DNA of 63,762 bases, the filler included, from Dicyema japonicum (taxonomy: Eukaryota > Animalia > Dicyemida), in the NCBI GenBank assembly GCA_011109175.1. It is 4 parts of 4 records of this genome, joined end to end, with 100 filler letters (N's around TTAATTAATTAA, not from the genome) between each part and the next. Parts side by side here need not be neighbours in the genome. Positions count along the whole stretch, not along the records: positions 1 to 29,426 come from RDEW01000020.1; 3 more parts are not named here. One strand, written 5' to 3'. Position 1 is the stretch's first letter. The number at the start of each line of letters is the position of its first letter. Below are positions 14,034-25,026 of the stretch, piece after piece. The notes under the pieces are model-generated. The model did not search any database, was not told where the DNA came from, and saw only the letters and a program-made list of their open reading frames with translations. The position numbers and the translations under genes are program-made.

Positions 14034-14238
14034 ATGAATAATAAAGCTTCTAAAAAAGAGACTGTGGAATCTAATGTGCCACAAGTGATATCTCCACCCT
14101 CACGATTCGGTCGTCGAGACTGCATTCTGCCTTCTGAAATGAAACCATGCGTCCAAGTCCATAAAAAATTAAAAATGGCAAACAGGTTTGACTAATTAGT
14201 ACAAAAGGCATAACAAATTAGCGATTATTCAATATTAA
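14034..14238 (+). CDS. Putative ~60-aa micro-protein with a PKI-like pseudosubstrate motif (one 22-nt intron, 14186-14207)
   Basis: ATG 14034: MNNKASKKETVESNVPQVISPPSRFGRRDCILPSEMKPCVQVHKKLKMANR|HNKLAIIQY*; GT-AG mini-intron of typical size; no homology confirmed. Confidence 0.35.
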
Positions 14239-14360
14239 TTATAATTTGGCTAATTGGGACCGTTAAATCAATTTGGCTTTATATTTCCCTCTTTACTCTT
14301 AGAAACAAAAGGATTTCCCTAAAGAGTCAGTTTATTAGAGCTGTTTCCAAAACGAGTTTA

Positions 14361-17300
14361 ATGTATCAAAACAAAAATGAACAATTGAAAATTATACACA
14401 CCGCAAAACTACCACAAAGGAAGTACAAGTCTCTCTACATCTTCAGTGAAGACAACGTGTTCAGGAAATACACAAAAATGATCATAGACTGGGGATATCC
14501 TTTTTAAACATTATTAATCATTTTATAACATTTTCCTTAATTTTTACTCCATTCGAATACATGATCCTCCTCTCCATCATTGCAAACTGCGTTGTCCTTG
14601 CCCTTGATGAACATCTACCGGAGGGGGACACTACTTCTTTGTCTCTCAAGCTTGTTTTTACTTCATTTATATTTTAGGAACAAACTGAAAAGTTTTTCTT
14701 GGGTATTTTCTGTGCCGAAGCATTCCTCAAAATTATTACATTCGGATTTGTACTCCACCCGGGGGCTTATTTGAGGAATATTTGGAATATTATGGACTTT
14801 ATTGTCGTTGTGAGTGGGTACTCTACTGTTTAAGGATTACAGATTGATATCTCTGTTCGCATCCCCCGTGACTTTCGATTTACGAACATTGAGGGCAATA
14901 CGAGTGCTCCGTCCTCTAAAGTTAATATCAGGAATTCCAAGTCAGTTTACTAAAAACTCTTTAGGTCTTCAAGTGGTTCTGCAGTCCATAGTGAGAGCCA
15001 TGGCCCCTCTTCTTCAGATTGCTCTCCTTGTCTTGTTTGCCATCGTTATTTTTGCCATAATTGGACTCGAATTCTACAACGGAATATTCCACAGAACATG
15101 CTTCAAACAAAGTACCTACTATGCCTAACAAAGATGAAATATTTATCCCCCAGGGAGAAATGAATCCTGTCACGTGTCTTTCAGAGGGATTGAGTGGGGG
15201 TTATACCTGTCCAGTCAACACCACGTGTCGTGAATATTATATTGGACCGAATTATGGAATTACCAGCTTCGACAATATAGGATTCGCAATGTTGACTGTT
15301 TTTCAGTGTATAACTATGGAAGGATGGACCACTCTGATGTACCATGTTTGAAGGGAGATCTCACTTTTAGACCAACGATGCTCTAGGAAGTCTATTCAAT
15401 TGGCTCTATTTTATTCCTTTAATAATTATCGGATCCTTTTTCATGCTGAATCTTGTTCTTGGTGTACTAAGCGGGTAAATTACGTTAACATGGAGTAAAG
15501 TGAGTTCGCCAAGGAAAGAATTCGTGTAGAAAATAGAAGATCTTTTTTTAATTTACGAAAAAACCAGCAGATGGAACAAGAATCGGCTGCCTATATCGAG
15601 TGGTTGTTTAAAGCAGGTTTTCGTCATCTCTGATTGTTAGAGGAAGTCGAATTGGAACAGATAAGATCATTTCCAAACGGTGGTAATAATTGTAATATTT
15701 GTTCAGTGAGGGTGGACTGGAATGAAATCTTTAATATCGCCAAAAAACGAGGACTAATTGGAATTAAAGGTTTACTTTGTAGGTAATTGTAGCAAAGAGT
15801 AAGTTCTGGGAATTAGAGAAAACCCTAAGGTGAATATAAAATTTATTAAAGGATAAATATTCGTAAAATTGTGAAAAGTCAATTTGCTTATTGGACTGTC
15901 ATTGTGTTGGTCTTTCTCAACACAATTTGTATATCCTTAGAGCATTATAACCAGCCTGACTGGCTCACTGAATTTCTTGGTTGTTTTGTTGTAATGTTTG
16001 AGTATTTTCTGAACTTACCTTCTTGGGTTTGTTTATTCTGGAAATGGTCCTCAAAATGTATGGATTGGGGTTCAAATTATACTTTGCCAGTTCATTTAAT
16101 ATATTCGACTGTGTGGTACTTTGTGTATACAACCGAGGTTATATTCTGTGGAATATTTGAAATTATATATTCGTCTTTTTACCCAGAGACCTCACTGGGA
16201 GTCTCGGTTCTGCGGGCTCTTCGACTTCTTAGGATATTTAAAGTTACCAGGTATGATTGATCAAATTACTTTAAGGTATTGGGCGTCTCTAAGAAATCTG
16301 GTGGTTTCTCTCTTAAGCAGTATGCACTCTATTCTCAGTCTTCTATTTCTCATATTCCTATTTATCGTGATCTTCTCTCTTCTAGGAATGCAAATATTTG
16401 GAGGAAGGCATAGTTGTTACTTTATTGTAGTTGGAACTTTGATGATGAGAAACCTTATTCCAATTTTGATTCATTTTTCATGGCTGTTCTCACTGTTTTC
16501 CAAGTTGTGTTTTTTAATCATAAAGATAATAACGGGGGAGGACTGGAATGAGGTTATGTACAACGGAATCAGATCTCAGGGAGGATCAGGAGGTTCTGGC
16601 ATGCTATATTCCCTCTATTTTATAATCCTCGTGGTTATTGGCAACTGTACAGATTATTGTTCACCACAGATGCACTACTCAATGTCTTTTTGGCTATAGC
16701 AGTGGACAATTTGGCCAATGCACAAGAGTTGACTGCCGCCCAAGAAGAGGAGGAGGTAAAAAAAGATGAGGTGTCAGTTATATACAAATTTAAAGGCGAG
16801 AAATGACATCAAATATATGTTTTCCGAAAAAATAGACCAAGAGGTAGTCGGAGATATTTTTAGTATCAGAATAAGACTGAGGAGCAAAGAGCCTTTGATA
16901 ACATAGGCCAAGAGGAGGAAGTCACAGGGACAGGATTTCAACCAAAGCCAATGTTGCCATATAGCTCATTTTTCATATTCAGTTCTACAAATCCGTATTT
17001 TTGATAAATATGTAAGAATTCGTTTGTTTTGTCACAATGTGGTGAATCTGAAATACTTTGATCTGTTCATAATGATAACGATTATTGTAAGCAGCATTTC
17101 ATTGGCCACTGAGGATCCAGTAAATCCGAATTCAATGCAAAATCAGATCCTAAACTATTTTGATTTCATTTTCACTGGTATTTTCGCTGTAGAAATGGTT
17201 TTTAAGGTTTTTTGTACAATCATGTTAGATTATTGACCTTGGAGTAATCCTTCACCCTGAATCGTATTTCAGAGATCTCTGGAATATCCTTGACTCGATA

Positions 17301-20129
17301 GTCGTGGTTTGTGCCCTCATCTCATATCCTTTAAAGTTTGTGAGTGACTCTACTTTAGAAATTTAGACAAAGGCGCTAAGAATCTCAACACGATTAAAGC
17401 ATTGAGAGTATTCCGTGTCCTCAGACCACTCAAGACTATCAACAGAATTCCAAAACTGAAAGTAAAGACTTTTATGAATTTAAGGCTGTTTTTGATTGTG
17501 TTGTTAATTCACTTAAAAATGTATTAAATATTCTGCTTGTTTATACGCTCTTCCAATTCATTTTCTCTGTGATTGCTGTTCAACTTTTTAAAGGCAAGTT
17601 TTTCCACTGTACTGACCCTTTGATGAGGACGCCTGACTTGTGCAAGTTTGAGAGTGTGCTTGATGGTTTAGGGGACAGTTTGTCGTCTATGATGATATTG
17701 GTAATCCTGTTTCAGTGGAAAACAGAGAATGGAAGAATCACCAGTTCAACTATGACAATGCTATTGACGCGTTCCTAACATTATTCACAGTTACAACGGG
17801 GGATGGATGGCCTCAGTAATATTGAACTTATTTTTGAGGATTCTCCAAATGTCAATGGACTCAACCTTCGAGAATCTTGGCCCTTCTATGTTGTACCGCA
17901 AGGAAATGGCCATTTTCTATATTGTCTTTTTTATAATATTTCCATTCTTTTTTGTGAACATTTTCGTGGCCCTAATCATAATTACATTCCAAGAACAGGG
18001 GGACAGTGAATTAGCTGATACAGAAATAGATAAGAATCAGGTATCCCTTAATATTAAAACATGTAGAAACAATGCATGGAATTTGTGATATCTGCTAAGC
18101 CTTTAAGTCGATTCCGTCCCCCAGTGACCTCCTTTCGGTACAAAATATGGAGAATAGTGGTTTCCCCAATATTCGAATATTTCATTATGGTGATGATAGC
18201 CATAAACACAGTAACCCTCATGATGAGAGTTTAAATTGCCATTACATTAAGATTTATGTAACCAATCCAACAGCAAAGACCACCCTATATGAGAACATTT
18301 TAATATACTTTAATACAGTCATATCAGTCATGTTCACTGTTGAGTCTCTACTCAAAATGATTGCTTTTGGCTTTAGAGTTTGGTGGGTTTATAGTTTAGA
18401 ATTACTTTCGTGATAAATGGAATCTATTCGATTTTATAACCGTTCTAGGCAGCATCACTGATGTGGTGGTGTCTGAAATAAATAATGTGGATTATATGCT
18501 TATTGATAGACTGAGTTTATCAATTTAGGTTTTCTCCGTCTCTTTCGTGCTGCCAGACTAATAAAACTTCTTCGTCAAGGTTATACCATCCGTATTCTCA
18601 TTTGGACGTTTGTTCAATCATTTAAGGTTGGTCTTACAATCACATTTACAGGCTCTCCCATATGTCTGTCTTTTGATTGCAATGCTCTTCTTTATTTACG
18701 CTATTATTGGAATGCAGGCATATTTCGTGCTTATTTAGCTTTTTGGCAACATTGAACTCAACTCGATGACTGAAATTAACAGACACAACAATTTTAGAAC
18801 CTTTTCTCAGTCATTGATTCTCCTGTTTAGGTGATGTAGTATTTAATACAAGATGTGCCACAGGAGAAAGCTGGCAGCTAGTAATGGTTTCCTGTTTGGC
18901 TGGAAGTAATTGTGATCCCAATGCTGGGGGTAAAGGAGAGTGTGGAGGTACTGTCGCATATTTTTACTTCACTTCTTTCATGTTCCTCTGTTCGTTTCTT
19001 GTCACATTATAAATTTATTCATAGATGCTTAATTTATTCGTGGCTGTCATTATGGATAATTTCGATTATTTGACACGTGACTCGTCCATACTTGGTCCTC
19101 ATCATCTCGATGAGTACATCCGGGTGTGGGGAGACTTTGACCCTGACGCCACGTGTATAATATATTTACGTTTAGAGGAAAACTCCACCACTCCAAACTA
19201 TACGAACTGTTAAGGAATATGGAACCCCCACTCGGATTCGGGAAAAAATGTCCCAATAGAGTGGGCTATTTGGTTGAATTTCATAATTATCCGTAGAAAC
19301 TGATTCGAATGAATATGCCCGTGGCTGAAGACGGAACTGTGGCTTTCACAACTACTTTATTTGCACTAATAAGGGAGTCTTTGGAAATAAAAGTGGATAA
19401 AGGTTTGATTAATCGCTTTCTCAGAAAATCTAATGGAAAACAAAGACGAGGAATTGAGAGCAGTTCTGAAGAAAATGAGGGGAGTTCAGTCAAAAAAATT
19501 ACTAAATTTACTGGTTCCCCCACATAGTGGTATTTAAGTTACAAATATTTTAGAGATCTGTGCGGGTAAAATGACTGTAGGAAAGATATTTGCCTTATTT
19601 TTGATGGCAGAGAATCGAGTCATACGGAAAATGAAAGAGAGGGATATTATTCAGGTAAATATTATTATAATATTAGAATGTGAGTAACGATAATGTAAAA
19701 TTCATAAATTTACATTAAGATGAATTCTCAGTGGATATTTAGGAAGATATACAACAGAATGAGTAACCAAAAACAAAACTCGATATCCTCGTATTCTAGA
19801 AAAAGCGAGTATTTTTTATTCTAATACAGAAATATATTAGTCAATACTCCCACTGGTAGTTTTCTGTCCACGGTCTCTATTTTTTTGTAAAATAGGAGCC
19901 AATTATGAGTTTTGTGAAAACTGCCTCTCAGAAACTAAGTAACCGTTTGATTGCCTCATAATTTACAGAGAAAGAAAAGGAAGAGATTAAACGTTCTAAA
20001 AGAGCCCTTCCTACAATTAAGGATATAAAGAGAAGACCGAGCAAAAGGAGAAAACTACCACCAATTCCAAACAAAATCATCATAGAAGGAAATGAAACAT
20101 CAACTGATCATCTACAGTGGGAAATATAA
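14361..20129 (+). CDS. Cav2: Voltage-gated calcium channel alpha1 subunit, Cav2 type; at least 38 introns; start codon and distal C-terminal exons uncertain
   Basis: Continuous spliced frame: [142 protein letters not shown]; Cav2-diagnostic wording throughout. Confidence 0.95.
14495..14547 (+). other. U12-type (minor spliceosome) AT-AC intron, 53 nt
   Basis: 5' ATATCCTTTT, branch site TTTTCCTTAAT (14531-14541), 3' TTTTTAC; removal restores IIDW-G(GG|T)-PFEY; no GT-AG solution is apparent. Confidence 0.9.
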
Positions 20130-20589
20130 TTAATTCAATTTATCAATAATTATTAACATCTCTCATTTGATACGCATTTGTGACTGTGTTTTACATTACT
20201 AGTTAGTTACTTCAAACTCACTAACGTATATGAGGCCGACTACCATAAAGAGTCCAACCGAGATGTTGACTGCTCCCAAAAGTCCCTTAGAGTCATTGAT
20301 GGTCATGTTTTTATTGATAATATCATCAAACTGGTTAGGTACAGAAAACAAAAACTCAGATCCATTACGGAGGTGGAAATGATTGTCATGGAATCTCAAT
20401 CATGGTTGTTAAAATAACATCAAAGTTAGCTTACTATTCAAGAATTTAAGCGAATCTCGTTCGCCATCCTGAAAGGAAATAACCACGCAGTTAGGGCAGC
20501 CGCTATATCACCGCTTACTCTTATTTAATTAATTCTAATTTTAAAGAGTAGAAAATAAAGTATTAATGTTTTAATGTTAAATTGTTATT

Positions 20590-21152
20590 TTAAGTTGATT
20601 CCTTGTTGTTTTTGTTGAATATGAACCAGATAGTCATGTAAACAAGAAATATGAATATCATAAGCATTTGATAGAAGGAGAATAAAAATGCATGCGTGTA
20701 GTAATATCTGTCGCAATAAAGTTGGTTCACAATGAATCCATTGAATGTAACATAGAGTTCATTACTCGAGTGAATTGGGGAATTGCGAATAATCACAGCA
20801 TCTAATGATTATTATATTGTCCAACTTGCTATACTGAGGGATAAAGTCAGTAAACCAAATATCACTAATAAAATATCAGAAATTAAGGTCGACTTTCTGG
20901 TGGATGAAGGGAAAAAAGAAGAGAAGAAAATAACTAGGACAAACAGAAAGCCAGACACTCCATTTGAAATTGTAAGCTTTGGTGAATTTGGGTTGAGAGG
21001 ACATCTATAAAGTGAGTGCGTTCCTCAAATAAAGTAATTCCAAACCTGAGGCATAAAAGAAAATCGATTGTAAAAAGATAGAGATAAGTCCAGCTGTGAA
21101 TATAAAATATCCTAAAATAATTCTAAAATATAGAATGAAATTACATTTTCAT
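20590..21152 (-). CDS. Four-TM protein resembling the TMEM272 family, ~164 aa, three 22-24 nt introns
   Basis: Spliced: MKIIILGYFIFTAGLISIFLQSIFFYASGTHSLYRCPLNPNSPKLTISNGVSGFLFVLVIFF...LISDILLVIFGLLTLSLSIANAVIIR...NQLYCDRYYYTHAFLFSFYQMLMIFIFLVYMTIWFIF; the CP..P..P and YCD..Y motifs recall TMEM272. Confidence 0.6.
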
Positions 21153-21699
21153 TACAATTATGTGCGATTCACATCATTTATACTATTAGAATTAAGTAGG
21201 AATAAATAGGAATTAATTCAGGAAATATTTTTGAGGATTTATTATTTTATTTGATTGCCCAGATTACAATAAAAACTCAATTCCTCAGTATTCCATCATT
21301 CTGTAAGACTGATAAAATATTTATAATAGATTGAAGGTTAATCAATGTAATTATTCGGAGGATCGATTTTCTAACAAATAGACAGTATCCTCCCTTGGTT
21401 ATAGGCAAGGAGAAAAGATTGGTGGTTAATAGTAAGCACTCACTTCGCATTTTGCACAGGGCAGCAAATCCCTCCCCATTCTGCGGATAAGGTCTTCAAG
21501 TGATGAGGGGAGTAGTTTTTCTAGTTTCCCGAGATTACTAGTAGTAGTCAAAGACTGAATGTCGCTGATTTTCTATTTGTTCGTCCAGGACAGATTGATT
21601 CCCCATGACCCACAGGCATAGCTGACAGATGACTCAATGAATTGTTTTTACAATAATTTCAAAACTGGAAAGGGATTTTAATTCCACCAAAAATAAATT

Positions 21700-22900
21700 T
21701 GATTATCCCTAGCTATCTTGAGCAGCTTCCAGAGATGCCTCCACACTATAGGAAAAGGACATCCCCAAGATTTTCAGTTTTTTAGTGAAAGTATTTTTGT
21801 CTGGTTGATAAATATATCCACGGTCATTTGTCCAAGTCGTTTGTCTGAGGTAAATATGGACGAAGATGATTTTTCAGTAGATATATCTTGGCCAAATTTG
21901 AATTTTGTGAAGGTATTCTTGTAGTCTTTCTGATGCCTTTGGGAGATCTTGATCGCGGGATCTGACTAATAGGTCATCAGCATACGATAGGAGGAAATCG
22001 TCTTTATTATCGGGTTATGGTAAATCGGACGAGTTAGATAAGACGGATGACAAAGGGGAACCTTGGGTAGTAATATTGAAACTGATTTGGTCCCATCCAT
22101 GTATATCTGGGCCTTTCTTCCGTTGATAAAGTTAGCAAGCCAGAGTTTTATATTGGAATCGACGGAGAGGCCGAACAATTTCCGGGTTAGGATTTTCCTG
22201 GTTGCATAGTCGAAAGCCTTTTGTAAATCGACAAAGCAAACAACGGTTTTGAGGTGACGATGATTTGTGTTTGAGCCTTCAAGGATAAATTGGTTGATGG
22301 CAGTGAGGTGGGTAGAGGTTTAATAACCCATCCATGTCATGAAGATGTAAAAGGGAGGGACGGGGTTATAAGATTAAGTATTAGTTTTTCCAACAATTTT
22401 GAGTGCATAGTAAAGAGATTTTTCTAAATGATGCAGGATTGTCCTTAGGCTTCCCAGGGTTAAGGATTGGGAGTATATAGGACAGTTTCCAGATAGTTGG
22501 ATTTGTATTCATGTTTATTGAATAGTTGAAAATCACCGTGATTGCATCAATCGTAAAATATCAGGTATAATCAGGTCACGTGGATGAGAAGAATTCATTC
22601 TCTTCAAACCCTCACTGACATCTGAATGTGAGATAAAGCTGATCGGCTGAGTTCTCTCCGGTCTGAAGGAGGATAACAAAGGCCCATCCATTTTCCTGAA
22701 AGTTTTGTGGTTTAAACTGGCGTAATATTTCATAAGTTTGTTAATACTTCTATATCGTCGTTGAGAATTATTATAATCCTGTTCAGCCGAAGTAGATTGA
22801 GAAAGGGAAGTTGTCCGAAGAGTCCTTCTTCGGATGGGTGATAGCTAATGATACTTTTTTGCGTGCATCCTAAGCGCCTCCAGAACATTCACAATTGGTA
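21700..22900 (-). mobile_element. Decayed LINE RT
   Basis: Minus strand FVDLQKAFDYATRKILTRKLFGLSVDSNIKLWLANFINGRKAQIYMDG (RT motifs), disrupted by stops. Confidence 0.6.
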
Positions 22901-22974
22901 GACCACATGGCGCCAAGTTATTAAAAAAATTAAATTAAAATTAATTCCAAAGAACACTGTTAAACAAAAAAACT

Positions 22975-23830
22975 AAACTAAGTGATCCCGACAAATTGGA
23001 TCAAGGCTCTCATCTGTGCTCGGTGTTGATCTTTTGAGCCTACACAAGTTCGTTGCGGGCGAGCACTTTCTTTTTGGCATTGGTGTCCATTTTTGTTTTT
23101 TTGATTAGTGTCTCCATGGGCGTCGGTGCTTTGATGTTTTCCTCTGTATACCATCTCTCAGTTAGTTTGAAGGCCCTTTTCTGGGTTGTGGAGATTTTCT
23201 GGATGTTCGTATAAGAGGCCAGTGGTCCCCATGAAGTACACGGATATGAAATGTATGGTTCGATGTACTGTGAGTAGAGCTTTTTAAGTATAGGGTGATG
23301 TCCAATTTTCCATAGACCTGTTGGGCAATTCAGAGATTTTCTTCTCACATTTGTTCAGCACGTTAGTGACGTGTCTCGTAAAGTTCATGTGCGTATCGAA
23401 AGTCAGACCCAATATTTTTTGCCATTTGCTGAACGGCAATGCTCTTCACTCCCCAGTATCTTCTATTGTCCTGTTCGACAATCTTTTGTCCGAGGTATAG
23501 AGAGTTGTAACAGGTTTTTCGGTATTGACATCCGATTTCATTAAACCACTCGATAGTCGATCCATGTGGTGTTGTATTCTTTTCGTGGCTGTTTGGGTGT
23601 TGTAACAGGTTTTTCGGTATTGACATCCGATTTCATTAAACCACTCGATAGTCGATCCATGTGGTGTTGTATTCTTTTCGTGGCTGTTTGGGTGTTCTGA
23701 TCGCGTGATACTAAGACGATATCGTCTGCATAAGCCAAAAGCAGGTCGTCATCTCCATTCAACGTCGGAATGTCAGCTGTAAATAGGTTAAATAGGAATG
23801 GTGGTAGCGGCGAACCCTGGGGTACTCCAT
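22975..23830 (-). mobile_element. 5'-truncated LINE (RT C-terminus and 3' end), Jockey/I-like
   Basis: GVPQGSPLPPFLFNLFTADIP, LLAYADDIVL, LYSQYIEPYISYPCTSWG; 3' end GGATCACTTAGTTTAG near 22975. Confidence 0.75.
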
Positions 23831-25026
23831 TTGGGAATATACGGGAGACAGAATGAATGTTTTCAATTCACACTCTACCTCTCCGTCCACTAAGGAAGTT
23901 AACTAAAATTCTAAGTTATTGAAAAGCTCATTAGAAAAATAAATTAATTTATCAACAATTTAATTGGTCTAAATAAGTGATCTATGAAGTGTTCATACTA
24001 GTCTTTTCTTGTGTTTATACTACTCTTTTTCCTGTAGCTAGTTTTGGAGTCCTATATTAATCTCCACAACGGGGAAGGTTTCTTCTCGTATCTAGGACAG
24101 ACTTCTAGATATAGTGGATGTTAAGGAGACTTAGCTATTTTGAGAAAGGCCCGTTGGTGTTCCGTAGGGAATTCCATGATTGGGGAGAAGTTTATTATTC
24201 ATTGTAATGCTGATATATGTGTCTTTATCGACTATCTCAATAATATTCTGATACATCATTTTTATAACATTTCCATTTTTCTTTTTGCCGATAGTGATTG
24301 GGGGAAATCCATGCAGCACTAGCTTACTTGATAATCGGTAGACCAAATTGTTTGTATAGAAGCTTAAATGACGGAAGGGAAGATACCGGGAAATGGGTAA
24401 AAGCCTTGAGAATGCAAATTTTCTTTTGGATCCTAGAGGTTACAATCCATCGGCGGCACATGAACGCGAATTCCACAAGGAAAGGATGTCTTCCGCACAT
24501 GTTCGGGAATGAAAAAGTCATATTGTGAATTAGCATTGATCAGTATAGGTGACCAACTAATCAATACGTAATGATTGATATATTTGCGGTTTTAGCAAAT
24601 AATCAATACATAATGAGTGATATATTTGTTAACGAGTTTCACTGAATTTATTAGTAGGTGTACTACACCGTCCTCATCTTCGAGATTTGTTTTGTTCCGT
24701 TTCATAATCTTCGATATCATATATGACCTTAGCGTGGCGTTATGTGGTTCTCCTAATTTGACTGTGCCCAGTGATAGTGGGCATGAATAAGAACCATTCT
24801 CTCCTCCTTATTCCGACATCGTTGCATGCGGTGGTTCTAATTTTCTCCTGGGCTGTTGGCGATCTTATTTTATTTATTATTAAATATTTCATCATTTTAA
24901 AACAACAATTTCTAATTTAAAATTCAAATAAAATTAGCGGATTTAAATTTTATAAGTATGTGGTATCTTATTATTTTGCTTTCAACTAAATATTATTCTT
25001 AGAATGAAAAAAATATACTGACTGGA

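Noticed and set aside
17324-17332. Second ATATCCTTT U12-like donor in Cav2
   Set aside because: It lies in coding sequence (S-Y-P-L). An adjacent 23-nt GT-AG intron restores the frame, whereas an AT-AC splice gives a stop.
20199-20520. Small minus-strand membrane-protein gene between Cav2 and TMEM272-like
   Set aside because: A hydrophobic ORF and mini-intron-like signals are present, but I could not build a consistent model or recognise a family.
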